DNA of 63,838 bases, filler included, from Atractiella rhizophila (lineage: Eukaryota), in NCBI GenBank assembly GCA_021432655.1. It is 12 parts of 12 records of this genome, joined end to end, with 100 filler letters (N's around TTAATTAATTAA, not from the genome) between each part and the next. Parts side by side here need not be neighbours in the genome. Positions count along the whole stretch, not along the records: positions 34,071 to 39,577 come from MU272365.1; positions 39,678 to 45,181 come from MU272366.1; positions 45,282 to 50,765 come from MU272367.1; 9 more parts are not named here. One strand, written 5' to 3'. Positions 36,271-48,294 of the stretch are shown here, in pieces. Made by a program: the position numbers and the translations under genes. Under the pieces are notes generated by a model, which saw only the letters and a list, made by a program, of their open reading frames with translations, was not told where the DNA came from and did no database searches. Positions within the stretch are counted from its first letter, which is position 1, and each line of letters begins with the position of its first letter.

Positions 36271-39074
36271 ATGCTCTCCTCCCTCCTCACCGGCGGCCCA
36301 GACTGTGGCCCCTCCAACCCACTCAGCCAGCTCACCAAGTCCTTCCCCTCCACCAGCACCTCCTCCTTCCAGCCGCCGCCCAACGCCTCCTCACGTGCTT
36401 TCTCGCCCTCTACCTCCCGCGCCACGTTTTCAGGTGTGAACAGTCAGAATGGACAGGCTCCAGCCTGGGCGAGCGACTTCATGGCGTTCCGAACTGGAAC
36501 TGGGGATGTAGGCGGCATGGGTCAGGGAATGGAAGGCAGTGTGGCTGGCGCAGGATGGGGAGCGGACTTTTTGAATAAGAGTAGGAGCGCTACGCCTTTG
36601 GCGCAGATGAATATGAATGTGAACGTGAATGCTCTCCAAGAGAGGAGCGCGACGCCTGTCAGTTCGACTTCGTCTGCGGCACATGCTGTGGCACCCATGA
36701 GGTATGCTGCTCCTTTTCAGGCTCAGATGCAGCCTGTTGGAATGATGGGAATGGGAATGGGAATGGGAGGTGTGGATTGGGAGATGGAGAGGGAGAGGGA
36801 GATGATGTTCGTTCAGCAGCAACAACATGAGGTGCTGCAACACCAACAGCAACAACAATTTGAGCTTCAAAGATTAGAAGAACAACATAGAGGTCCGTAT
36901 CCCTCCTTCCTTTCTCGCTCCCTTCCACATTCCCTGTGGAACTGGCTTCGCACTTCAAATTGCTCCTTAAATGTGTACTGATAAAGGCGAAACAGCCGAG
37001 CAGTCCTGGACCTCCGCCTTCGCTGCCATCTCCCAACCGTCCATTACCACCTCTGCTCCAATTCAAGACAACCGTCCCTCAACACCAACCGACCTATCCG
37101 CGACTGCTCGTCTCCTCCTCGAAACCGTCTCGCGCTCCGAATCCCACCTTGCATCCACCTCCACCTCCGAATCCTCCCTCTTCTCCACTGTCGCTGATGG
37201 GAGGGAGGAAGGGTTGAGGGCGGAGAGGGAAGAGAAGTTTCGGAAGAGCGAGTTCTTTGAGATGATGCGTGGTTTGAGGGATGGGGAGTTGGAGGTCAGA
37301 GGGGAGAACGTCGTTCCCGTCTCTTCCTCTTCCTCGTCTGCTTTGGAGAATCAGACCGGAGTGAACGTGAAGGCGGGATGGAAGACCGTGTCCTTTGCTC
37401 CCGCCCCGTTGTCCGAACAAAGAATGGGCGGAGGGATGGACGAGGGAGGAGAAAGGGAAGGGACGGGAGGTGGACATGGAAGTTGCGGAAGTGACGGAAG
37501 CGATGGCGCGTTCGACGATCGAGGGTATGGAAGAAATGAACGCCTCCTTCGAAGAAGACTACCACGACCGACTCGAAGCTGAAGCCTGGCGATCCTTCCA
37601 AGGAGACGGCGGCTCGCTCTCCCAGTACATGGAACGCGTTCCCGGGTCGTCCTCGAAGTGGGAAGAGTCTTTGGATCTGGGCGAAGGAGAGCAGGACGAG
37701 GAGTGGGACCCGGCAACGATCGTTGGCGCTCCGTTTCCCTATGTCGATTTGAGCGCGAGGAAGGAGGTGGGGAAGGGACAGGTTGGTGGGTTGGCGTGGA
37801 GGGAGGGGACGCAGGAGTGGGAGTGGGAGAGGTTGATGGAGTCTCAGAAGGAAATGGAGATGGGGAGGACGATTGGTGAGGAGTTGGAGGGGTTGAAGGA
37901 GGTGGATGAGGTGCAGATTCCGACGAGCACGAGGACTCATGATGCCCATTCGGCACATCATTTCGTCGATTTCGCTCCTTCGCTCCTTCATCCACAGCAA
38001 GCAGTGAAAGAGGCGGAAGTGGAGGTGAACGACTCGAATGCTTGGTTGGAGCGCGGGTTGAGGTTGCAGGAAAACGAGAGGGAGGGAGGCGCCATTGAAG
38101 CGCTGGAGGAGGCGGTCAGGCTCGATCCCAACAACAAAGAGTGAGCTTTTCTTCTTGTTCTCGCCCGGTATGCCTCCTGACCAAGAGCATTTTGTGGATG
38201 AACAGTGCTTGGCTCGCCCTCGCCGTGTCATTGACCAACGAAAGTCAAAGGACGAGAGCGTACGACTGCATCGAGCGCTGGATCCTCCTTTCTACTCAAT
38301 CTAACCCAGCTTACAAACAGCTGCCTATTTTCACGAAAGGGGAAGGGACGACATTGAAACATGCTTTTGATGCTCTGGTCCACTACCTTATTCAGATGGT
38401 AAACCATGGAGCGGGACAAGGAGTAATTGACCCTGAGCTTCAAATCGTACTTGGAGTCTTGTTCAATAGCAACGATGAATACGAGAAGGCAGGTGATTGC
38501 TTTGAGGCTGCCTTAAGTGTTCGCGGAGACGTATGTTTTTCGAATACCTCAGTATGATGATGGATGCTCACTTATGACTGGGATAACATTAGGATCCCGT
38601 CTTGTATAACCGCATTGGAGCGACACTTGCCAATCGTGGGAAAGCAGAGGACGCATCACATTACTACTTCCGAGCCATTGAGCTCCGACCATCCTACGCT
38701 CGTGCGCGATATAACGTTGCCATCTGCGCGCTCAACCTTAACGTGAGTTTTCTCTCCTCCCCTGCCCTGAGCGATAGAGCGATGGAGCTGAAGGACGGGG
38801 TTGGTGTTGTATAGCAAGCACAAGAAGCCGGAAGACAACTTGTGGAGGCGTTGAGGATGCAGATGGAGGAAGGAGAGAACGGTGCGGCAGGAGGCGTCAC
38901 AAGCGACTTGTTATGGGACACGCTGAGCACTTGCGCCATGGTGTACGTTTTCTGCCTTTCTCGCCGACGAAGACTGATGTTGGTGATGACGTCGAAAGTC
39001 TGAACAGGCCGGACCTGCGAGAGTTGACGGAAAAGAGGGACCTAACTGGATGGGAGAGGGAGTATGGCTTCTAA
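36271..39074 (+). CDS. PEX5: Peroxisomal targeting signal receptor Pex5 with Pex7-binding segment (Pex5L/Pex5b type)
   Basis: N-terminal DCGPSNPL, WxxxF motifs (WASDF, WGADF, WTSAF), KFRKSEFFEMMRGLRDGEL, and TPRs (LQENERE, AWLALAVSLTNE, LGVLFN, YNRIGATLAN). Apparent 1-nt frameshift near 37420-37455. Confidence 0.88.
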
Positions 39075-39677
39075 TGCCCCGGCTAGATCCCTCCTTCTCC
39101 TCCTCCCCTATTTTCTTCCGATTCATCTGGCGCGACCTGAAAAAGCACGACGACCCGCTCAGAACACCATTCACAATTTACTGTCACCTCGCTTTTTCCT
39201 TCCCTATGGGCTTCTTCCAACGCTTCTATGGGAAGCATAAGAGTGTTTCCGCAGCGAGAAGGGTGTGAGAAAGATGTTGGATCGTCTTCTGTAGGCTCGG
39301 GAGAAAACTGAGAGAGAGATAGCGTTTTGTGAATGTATCCTTTTGTTGTCGCTCCTACCAATCAGCATTAATGAACTTTCCAACAATGGATGTAAGATTG
39401 CCTACGAGATGCACGGTCGTGAGATTTTCGTCGTTCTGGATCGGAAAGGATGTAGTAAGCTTCAATGATGGATGAGGCGAGGAGGGAGCTGGATGTGGAT
39501 TTGTCAGGATGATGTTGCAGCATTAATCGATGGTATGATCTGCGTATTTCTGCTTCTGAGCAATCATTAGGCAGTTCNNNNNNNNNNNNNNNNNNNNNNN
39601 NNNNNNNNNNNNNNNNNNNNNTTAATTAATTAANNNNNNNNNNNNNNNNNNNNNNNNNNNNNNNNNNNNNNNNNNNN

Positions 39678-41158
39678 CTCGTGGGAAGGCTCGGATTTTT
39701 TGGGAAATTACTTCGGGGGGGAAAGAGGGGGAGTTTTCTTCTTGAGAATCCAAATCGACCAAATTTATGGTTTGGTCATCGGGGACGAGAGATTGGATAG
39801 ATGTATCAGGGGGATTCGAGGTTGAGGTGCTTGTTGAGGTGGAGGAGGCGGAAACGGTTAGCCACTCGTGAGCGACGAAGTTTGTGTCTGTGTCTTCAGC
39901 GACGAGAAGTTGGTCATGTGCAGATGGCGGCATCGGGGTTGAGAAGGTGTTAGAGGGTGCAGAAAAGGTGGGACAGTCTGGCTCCTCCAGAAAAGGGTGA
40001 TCGACGAAATTCAAGCTGTTGCCCCCAGAGGCAAGAAATTGGTCAGGTGCAGAAGCGAGAGTTGAAGTTGAGTCAAAGTTAGACAACGCGGAAGAGTAGG
40101 GTAACTGTTGAGGAAGAATGAAAGCAGTGATTTCTTCTGTTTTAGAGTTAGTCATTCCTCTGTGGATCAGTAGTCAGATAGTATTTACCAAATGAGCCAA
40201 TGGACAGAATTTGGGTCAAAATCTGGCTCATTATTGTGTTGTATCGCTCCGCATCTAAATGTACTCAGACCACTTAAAACAAGAAGAGAAAGCTCACCCT
40301 GAATGCGAAGCTGGGAGAGTTCAATGACAATGGGATCCCAAGGGGGATTTGAATGTTCCATATTTGAGAGGTGTGCAAGGCTTGAGGTGTCGTATGCGCT
40401 ATGGTGGAGTAAAAATTCTTGTTCTGATCAGGTTCTGGAGCGTTTTGCGGTCTCTGCTCAGTACGATGATACCTGTTGGACAGAAATTTTTCCTCCAACG
40501 TGAAAAGCGCGATAGTGTGGCGGTCTCTATCCCCCTTGTTTGCGACATCGGCATCTGCGACGGTGTTGCCATGTTGTCTGTGATATCGCGGAGGGACCAA
40601 AGCGGCATGCTCTGATGGATCTGATTCATTGGATGCTTGCGATGGGCCTTTGTCTATGAGAAACCGTCCACTGTCGTCTTTTTTGACGAGAGCTGGTCTC
40701 ATGATTCAGTACTCCGTCTTGATAGGATGGACGTGGGATGACTTGCGGTCCCTTTGATTTCTTCTCCTCAGCCAGTCCCAAAATGTTGAGGGCGGCTCTG
40801 CAGAACCACATTTCAAAAATTTGGGATGTTGTGTCACCATTTGGCGTCCCAAAGATCCAACAGAGAATCCAGAGCAATCAGACATATATGTGTCAGAGTC
40901 GAACAACCTGAATTTTCGGATATATGGCATCCGCTCAGGCTCAAGCCGGTCAGCGAGAACACGACGCATTGCGTGGCGCTCATGTGTGGCTAGAGACCGG
41001 AAACAAGAAGATATCGGAGGGGTGTGTGGAACCGTGATAGGGTCTACGAGAAAGGTATCATAAGATCCCTTCAATGTCTCTCGAAGAAGCGGGACTTCAT
41101 CCATCGGGATATCAAGGAGCCAGCTGGGACGGGAGGGAGAGGAGTTCCTGTCTAGCAT
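39678..41158 (-). pseudogene. Unidentified ORF(s) with an in-frame TGA
   Basis: ORFs 40706-41158 and 40274-40702 are in the same frame, separated by one TGA. A low-complexity ORF follows (39678-40155). No family recognised. Confidence 0.3.
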
Positions 41159-41735
41159 GTCGAGATAACGAATTCGAGAGAAATAGTATTAGTGACGATC
41201 CACCTTTATAAGTGCTCGGGAGACGAACGCATTGCGTTTGCGAGGCTATTTCAAAGTCAACCAGGTGAACAAACCAGTTCGGACCGCGATCAGTGAACTA
41301 GTGATAATATACTTTGTGGGCAATACCAGGGAATACGGAACTATAAAGTTTGACGCGTTGAGGCGTTGGCCGCAGCTCCAGGCTCGTCCAAAGCTCCAGC
41401 ATGATCCCAGCATCTTCTGCTGAAGAGCTGTCGTGAGCAGAATTTGCAATGGGCAGGCGAAATGTAACCTCACCTTCCTTTGAGACAATTTGGCATCAAG
41501 TCACTCCGACTCGTCAAATCCCTCACATTGCTTCACATTTGACACGATGATCAGACATGGATGGACATGGATCTTTATCCAACAGCTGCAACTTGAATGC
41601 GAGATGAGTAGATGGTTTGCAGTCATCCTTGATCCCGACCTAACAACAGAATATTGATATACTTACAAACTACTCAGAATTCCTCACACCTGACGACTCC
41701 ATGACATTCCAGCTCATTGCCCTTGGAGGTAAAAA

Positions 41736-42986
41736 TTAAGAAAAGGTTATGGAGTGACACTTTGCCCCTCCATTATCTGCACATCCCAAAACGGTTCCAT
41801 CAGACTTCGCCAACAAGCCTGGCCAGGAGCTCTGAACTCCAGAAACCGTCACTTTGTTCCCCCAAGCTCCCGTTGCGACAGGTCCGCCAGTGACGATCTT
41901 CATATTGGCGCCCTGAACCCAGTTGTGTAGAGAGGTGTCTTCATCCGTCATGAAAGAGACGACAAGAGAGTTATCAGGTTTCTGGACGATTTGTGGCGCT
42001 CCAGCTGCACACTGGTATCAAATTCGAACAAAAGCTTGGTAAAAACGTAAGCATACCATTGTTGTTTGTCCCAGTTGGACGGTATACTTGGCTGCGAACT
42101 CCCCAGGTCTTTCCATCATCGGCAGACACAACGCTCTTGATAGTGAATGTGCCCGTTCCCTCAGTGGTTTCGAAGACGCACATGAGCTTTTCAGCGCCAT
42201 CATTGAACTCTGACACCACAAACAGGTCACGTTGATGTTCAGAGTATGGGGAAGGCGAAAGAAGACAAACTCGCGACTCCCGGCATTCCGTCCCTCCCTG
42301 TGGTGGAACCTCCAGCAACGGTGACAGGTCCAGACCAGGAAGATCCTCCGTTCGTGCTCGTCTTGACGAGGATGTCCTGATCATTGGCGTTATTCTCTGA
42401 GGCGTAGTAGACCTGGATGGAACCGTCGTTGGCAACTCTGCCAAAAGGTTCCTGAAAGCGCTTTATCAGTAAAGGCATCATTTAAATGTAAACGACAGAC
42501 CCAAAGCCCATTCACTCCTGACGCAGCGCGTTCGGCGACATGCGACACAAAGCTCCAAGTCTTGCCTCCATCCGTGGATCTGCAAGCGGTGATTCGATAG
42601 TAGCTGTACGCTCCGTTTACTTTATCGTTGTTCCTGAAAGTGGCGAGGATGCTGCCATCCCTCAACTGGACGAGGTGGGGATTATCGAGGTCGTTGGTTT
42701 GAGAAGCGATAGTTCCCCAAGTCACGAATGAGCTCCCTCCATTTGTCGACTTTGTGACGGTCAGGATGTGAGTGTCCCCTTGAAAATAGGTGAACACGGC
42801 AAGGATGGAGCCGTCGCTCAAGGTGGTAAGACGGGGATAGGTGCCACCTCCTGCTGGGTTGAGGTTGATGGCTGCAGCGTTAACGTGAGGCACGAGAGCG
42901 GCGCGTTTGACGAGGTGGCTAGGCGTCACCGTGGAGACGGCAACAGAACAAAGAGAAGCGAAAGTGAGCAGGTTCTTGAACAACAT
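41736..42986 (-). CDS. Secreted GH93 exo-alpha-1,5-L-arabinanase (BNR/Asp-box beta-propeller)
   Basis: Signal peptide; GTYPRL; Asp-boxes STNGGSSF, STDGGKTW, STNGGSSW and SADDGKTW; GLWEPF, RDGMPGVA, CVFET and GAPQI. Confidence 0.85.
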
Positions 42987-44312
42987 TGTTATACAGACTG
43001 AGAGTGTGATAAAGTGACCATCGCCATCCAACATTCAACCTCCCTTTTATGTTGTCATTTACGTCTCTATCAGAGATAGTGGCGCATGTATCGCTGTTGG
43101 CATCCTTAACGACTGCCCCGTCCTGCTGCTCATGGTCGCCGCGTGCTTCACTCTAGCGCGTAGGCATTCGCCCTTCAACTGGTGTCTACCTCCACCCAAC
43201 GGTTGTACGCCTGCAGCCTTTAGAGGTCATGTCAAACACCAAGGCCTCTCATGACCAGACCAAACAAGCGAACTGGCCATGTTGCCAAGTGGAGGTGACG
43301 GCTATACGTTAACAGGGCAACGAGTACACCGTGCCTCGTTGCTACTCTACTTAGTGCATCGAGAACGCTCTACTGTCATGTAGACATGTGTGCCAGAGCC
43401 ATCCTTTGGTTTCTTTTAAAAAGGAACACGCTTTTGACAGTGTTGAGATGGGAGAGCTCGACTTGTAAATGGCCCACCAGATATCTCCCAAGGTGGATAA
43501 CGTTGATCCATCACTGATTCGTCGACCAGCCACCCGCTCCCAGTCCCCGCTACCCCACTCGAGTTGGGCAAGTGCAAAAAGGTCTCATCGATTTGCTCAT
43601 CGATATTAGAGCCTTTACTGACTGTATGATTCTCATACTGCTAAGAAATTGAGCGCAAATCATCAACTTGAGTAGACCAGACCCAGACGTGACAAAGGCG
43701 TAGTCAGTCATGACGCGGTAGTACGGACGCTCGGCTCGGACAACTAGATGACATACCGGCCACCAACCTCCCCGCACCTCCCGGGTAGCTTAAAGCAACA
43801 CAACGTCAAACGGAGAAGGTGCAACCACCACTTCGAACTTCACAACATTCGGACTGCTTCGAGGACGTAAGTAGGCGCAAAATTGGGTCAGCCTTTCGCT
43901 ATTACCTTTCTGGTTGTTATTTGTTGGCATTCGTTGGGGTTTCGTCATCACGGTGGGCACTTGTTCACCAAGTTTCCTGCTCTTGCTAGTGGTCATAGCA
44001 CCGTTGAACAGCATGGTCAGAATGTTTGTCTTAATCAAGCAGAGACTTCCGCGCCTTGCTCCTGGGCACATTATTGCAAGTTTCGACTGAGAAGAAGCCG
44101 GGTCGCCGAAAGTAGTAGTTCGTTAAAGAGACTAGCTATGAGGTTAATTCTATTCTTCGAGTATCGTATATTATTCCTAGCAGAAGCCCCTTCCTACGTT
44201 TAAGTCATCATTTTCTGGCCAGTTTAAGGACAACTTGAATGGAGTGGATTGACGAAAGACATCACCTTTGAACATGTAGACTAATATCTACTTTCTGTAG
44301 GATCTGCAGAAT

Positions 44313-45181
44313 ATGACTACCCTGGACACTTTGACGTATACGAGTTTGGACGAAATTCCAAGAGTGCACCATTCTTCTTCTTCTACCGAGCCCAACAGCT
44401 TATGTTATTTAGATATGTGAGCAACTGAACAAGGAGTTCAAAGAAGGGACGACGCTGCCTATCCCTCACAGGAAGAAGCAGCTTCGTTCTGTTGCTTACA
44501 TGTTCCAAGATAATCAGGAGCTATTTTGCGAAGCGCTCGCTAAAGATGTCCGTCAACTTTCCTTTCTCCAGCTTGACGAAGTATCTGAATGTTTCTACGT
44601 GCCTTGCAGCAAGAGAGACCGGCATTTGAAACTGTTGTTCACGAGATTCATTTCGTCATCAAGGAAATTCATACGGCCTTGACCAATCTTGACAAGTGGA
44701 CGGCAGGAAAGAAAGTCAAAACTGAATTTCCGTGGAACTTTGCGAACCCCAAAGTTCACCGAGAACCCAAAGGACGTGTTTTGATCATCGGGGCGTGGAA
44801 CTGTGAGCTTTTTTCTCTTTCAATATTGCCTGTGACTAAAGAATACGATAGATCCCATTTGTTAGTCTATTGCTCTCTAAACGTATATCACCGTTGATGA
44901 TAAACATAAGCTCTTTTGGTTGGACCACTCATTGGCGCCATCGCTGCTGGATGCACCGTGGCATTAAAGCCTTCCGAGAACTCGCCTCACACCGCAGCTC
45001 TGCTTGGAAAGCTTCTCTTTCGTTATCTCTACGACCCTCAAACCGTCAAGGTCATAAATGGCGCCGTGGACGAAACAACCGCTTTGCTCAATGTAGAAGG
45101 TGGGTGGGATCATATCACCTACACTGGGAGCACGAATGTAGGGAGGATTATCGCCTCCAGCGCTGCGAAGAACTTGACGCC
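44313..45181 (+). CDS. Aldehyde dehydrogenase family 3 (fatty aldehyde DH, Hfd1-like), 3' truncated
   Basis: Motifs REPKGRVLIIGAWN, GAIAAGCTVALKPSE and DHITYTGSTNVGRIIA. Confidence 0.9.
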
Positions 45182-45815
45182 NNNNNNNNNNNNNNNNNNN
45201 NNNNNNNNNNNNNNNNNNNNNNNNNTTAATTAATTAANNNNNNNNNNNNNNNNNNNNNNNNNNNNNNNNNNNNNNNNNNNNTCGGCCTTCACAGTGGGTG
45301 CTGCACCAAAATTAGCCAATTATGGCAAAATTTGGCAAATATGGCAAATTTTGACGAACACGTTTTTGACAGGGCTTGACGTGTCGTTGGTGATTCGATT
45401 TTCGGCTTGTGGATGGTCGGCCGCTAGTTTCAGATTGGTGGAATGGAGGTTCTTCTTTAGGGGAGCGGCCGACGGAGTGTGAGCAGAATGGCGCGAGTGA
45501 ATTGAACGGTGTATAGGTGAAACAGTACTGGCGAACACTGTTCAATGGCCAGTTAGAAGTACGTAACTTAAATGCGCACGATATTACCGTTGAAAGGAAA
45601 GGGATTGAATTGCGATAGGGAGCGCTGCAAGCCTTCGACAGCGATGGTGTTCGAGAGCTACGACATGAAAGAGTCATTGGGGTCTCACACGCTCACTTAA
45701 AAGGGGCGCCTCATCAAACTTTTCTGCTCCAAAATTTTCAAACTTAGCTTCGCTCTAACAATAGCGACGACAGCTACCTGCACAACCAACCACAATCTCT
45801 CACTTTTGAAGCAAA

Positions 45816-47114
45816 ATGAGAATAAGAGTGGTGAGCAGTTCGCTCTCTAGGAACCAAGCCTGTCTCAAATGTATGTCATCCCATCTTGTTGGCTGTTGGC
45901 GCTAAACAATCGTGGCAGGTCGCAGTCGAAAGGTTGGTTGAGGCTTTAACTTGAACGCAGCAGTCCTCACGAAACTCCAGGTACGATGCTCAGCAGAGCG
46001 GCCTGCCTGTAACGCTTGCAGGAGTAAGTTAACCCCACTATACATTTAATCGCTGAGTTCCCCTTCAGGGAGCGCTAATGCTCGACGAGAAGACCCCTCT
46101 CTAGTTCGATGCATGTATATCAGCCCTCCTCCTTGGGGCGACAAGGAACAGGAATCTGAGGAGGGAGATCCCATTGTTGCTGACGGGTGTACTGAAGGTC
46201 CGTCATTCCATTTGTATCTGGCATCGCTGATTAACTGGGTTCCAGATGGTGATAAGAATGAGCGCTATTCTTTTAGAAAGACGGGCGGCAACCTTGCGGG
46301 CACTTTACGAGAATCGCCAGAGACAGTTTCAATTCGCTCGTTTTCGAAAGCTAAGCTGGCAAAGCCAACTAAGGCGAACAGTGTCCTAAAGAACACTCAG
46401 AAACGGAAACGGAAACCAAAAGCAACTGAGTCGGAGACGAATCATGACGCTCATTCGGATGCAGAAGGCGATACGGGCGATGATTTCACGTCACCACCGT
46501 CTCTTCTGTCCATGAACTTCTTCGCAACACACAGCTCTGCTCCATCCAGCGGTTTCTTTCCCTCTCCTCTCACGAGCGCCGCATTTTCTCCTCTTTCAAT
46601 TCAGACAACCTATCCCCCACATGCCTATTCGGCTAACGAGTATTCGAATGTGCAAGGAAAGGCAGCCAATAAACTCCAAACAGTCGCGAACCAGGTCGAG
46701 TACTGTGCTCCAGTGGTTCACGATTATGCATCATTCCCAGACCTCCATCGAGCCGCCTCTCCAGCACTGCCTTCTTCCGGAAATCTGGCCTTATTTCGCG
46801 GAAATGGGAGCTATCCCGTCACTCCAGGCGTAGATGTTCAGGCTCAAATGCAGCTTCAATGCCTCTGCCTCCGGCCTATCGAACAGCCCATTGACATTTC
46901 GCCACTACCTCCTGCAATGTCTCTACCAACACCGGGACTTTATCTTCCCCCTCTGACGATCCAAGCGACTACAAGCGCTTATATGCCAGTATCTCAAACC
47001 TCTCATATATCTCACATTCACGCTCTCCCGCATCAAACTCCGCATCAGCTCTCAGTTGCTCCTGCCCCTACTTCCCAAACTTTCGTGCCCGTTAATTACC
47101 AAGGTCCCGTCTAG
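45816..47114 (+). CDS. Zn(II)2Cys6 binuclear-cluster transcription factor
   Basis: Exons splice to MRIRVVSSSLSRNQACLKCRSRKVRCSAERPACNACRRSANARREDPSLVRCMY, with all six Cys present. An NLS-like KRKRKPK and an S/P/Q-rich tail follow. Confidence 0.85.
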
Positions 47115-47426
47115 CTAGCGGAATCCAGTCCGCTCCCTATCACGGAGCAGATAGAGCAGTTTACAAGTTTTCTTTTCGACAGCATATTCCCTTCTGAGTT
47201 GTTGAATGAGTGAAATTAGAGCGCTTAATATCTCAGACATTAGGTCGGCAGCATTGTAAACGTTAACAAAAATAAAGGTAAATGGGGGAAAGTAGATGTT
47301 GACCGCAGAGATTTCAGGGGATGGAGAGGTCACTAGGAGGACGTTAGATCCGGAAATCGTGCAGACGAGGCGGAAAAAATGGCGCATATCGGCAGCCCCG
47401 TCGATTTCCAACACCAACATTTGCAA
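47115..47426 (-). pseudogene. Possible non-LTR retrotransposon AP-endonuclease remnant
   Basis: ISAVNIY..FTFIFVNVYNA resembles the xNVYN strand of LINE APE domains. Weak evidence. Confidence 0.3.
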
Positions 47427-47869
47427 GAACTTGATTTGACCGAAAATTTGCTATTGTCTCTTGATTTCACTTAACCTTTATTTCATATACGTATGTAGGC
47501 AGATCTCCCTTATTCTTCATTCCTCTCTTTCTCTTTCTGATACATAACGAAATCAATTACGTTTGCGCAGGTGTCTCCCCACCAACACCAATACCCTGCC
47601 CCCGACTCTCACCTCTCCAACTCCAAAGGGGGATAGGTGCACCTCACAAGATTATGGGGAACGGGAACGTCAATGGGGAGGAGTCGGATAGCACCCAGTC
47701 ATGGATTTTCAGATCTCTAAGCGGAACCGCCGTCAGATGATATTTCACACAACGCCTTAAACACTTTCATGCATAGAGAAGAAAGATGAGGATGAGGGGC
47801 AATTGGTTTTTCTCAGGTTGTTTACATTACGGTCTTTTTACCTTTTTACAGATGCATAACCCCCTTTTT

Positions 47870-48240
47870 ATTCGACTTGCAACTACCGCAGAATGAGAGA
47901 CATGGCCCACCTTTTCCTCCAATGCGAGCAACATGACGAGGAGCGGAGGAAACTAAGGACAAGGTTGCGTAATAACGCAGTCCGGTTCAATTCACTGGGT
48001 GATTTCCTGAGCGAACTGGTTTTGGGGGTTTATTTCGCCATCAAACCCACACCTCATCAATGTTACTCTCTGGAGACTCTAACTCCTATGTGCCCTTCTC
48101 TAAACATTGACCCTTCTTCTCATTGCACCAAATTTTGATATCTAGAAATACACTTGGGAACAAGAACACCAAAACCTCTTCTTCCTATCGCCTTGTGGGC
48201 ATACCCCCACGCGCCAAAAAGAATTAACGAAGCAACTAAC
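47870..48240 (+). mobile_element. 5'-truncated LINE (Tad1-like) 3' end
   Basis: STCNYRRMRDMAHLFLQCEQHDEERRKLR resembles the C-terminal H-x3/4-C zinc motif of LINE ORF2. It is followed by a GTGGG..CCCAC stem and an A-rich tail. Confidence 0.5.
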
Positions 48241-48294
48241 CCTATAATCGACTATGATCTAAGCTCTACCCACTGTGCACAAGCTCAGCGTCTT

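Larger units (their letters stand above)
45290..48277. mobile_element. Candidate TIR element with CACAGTGGGT termini (Transib/CAC-type ends)
   Basis: CACAGTGGGT at 45290 (8 bp from the fragment start) is followed by three TGGCAAA repeats. An inverted copy ACCCACTGTG ends at 48277. No TSD and no transposase seen. Confidence 0.4.

Noticed and set aside
36430..38231. Long antisense ORFs over PEX5 and similar shadow ORFs (e.g. 10581-11067)
   Set aside because: These are low-complexity mirror frames of real genes on the opposite strand.
8321..40708. Recurrent in-frame TGA codons (8321, 12440, 15066, 40706) as stop-codon recoding or selenocysteine
   Set aside because: They occur only in accessory or TE-like genes, and TGA is used as a normal stop elsewhere (e.g. 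25125). CGA>TGA decay is the simpler explanation.
45290..45313. A true V(D)J-type RSS
   Set aside because: The heptamer matches, but the A-rich tract (ACCAAAATT) follows after 8 bp rather than 12 or 23, and no RAG/Transib ORF is visible.
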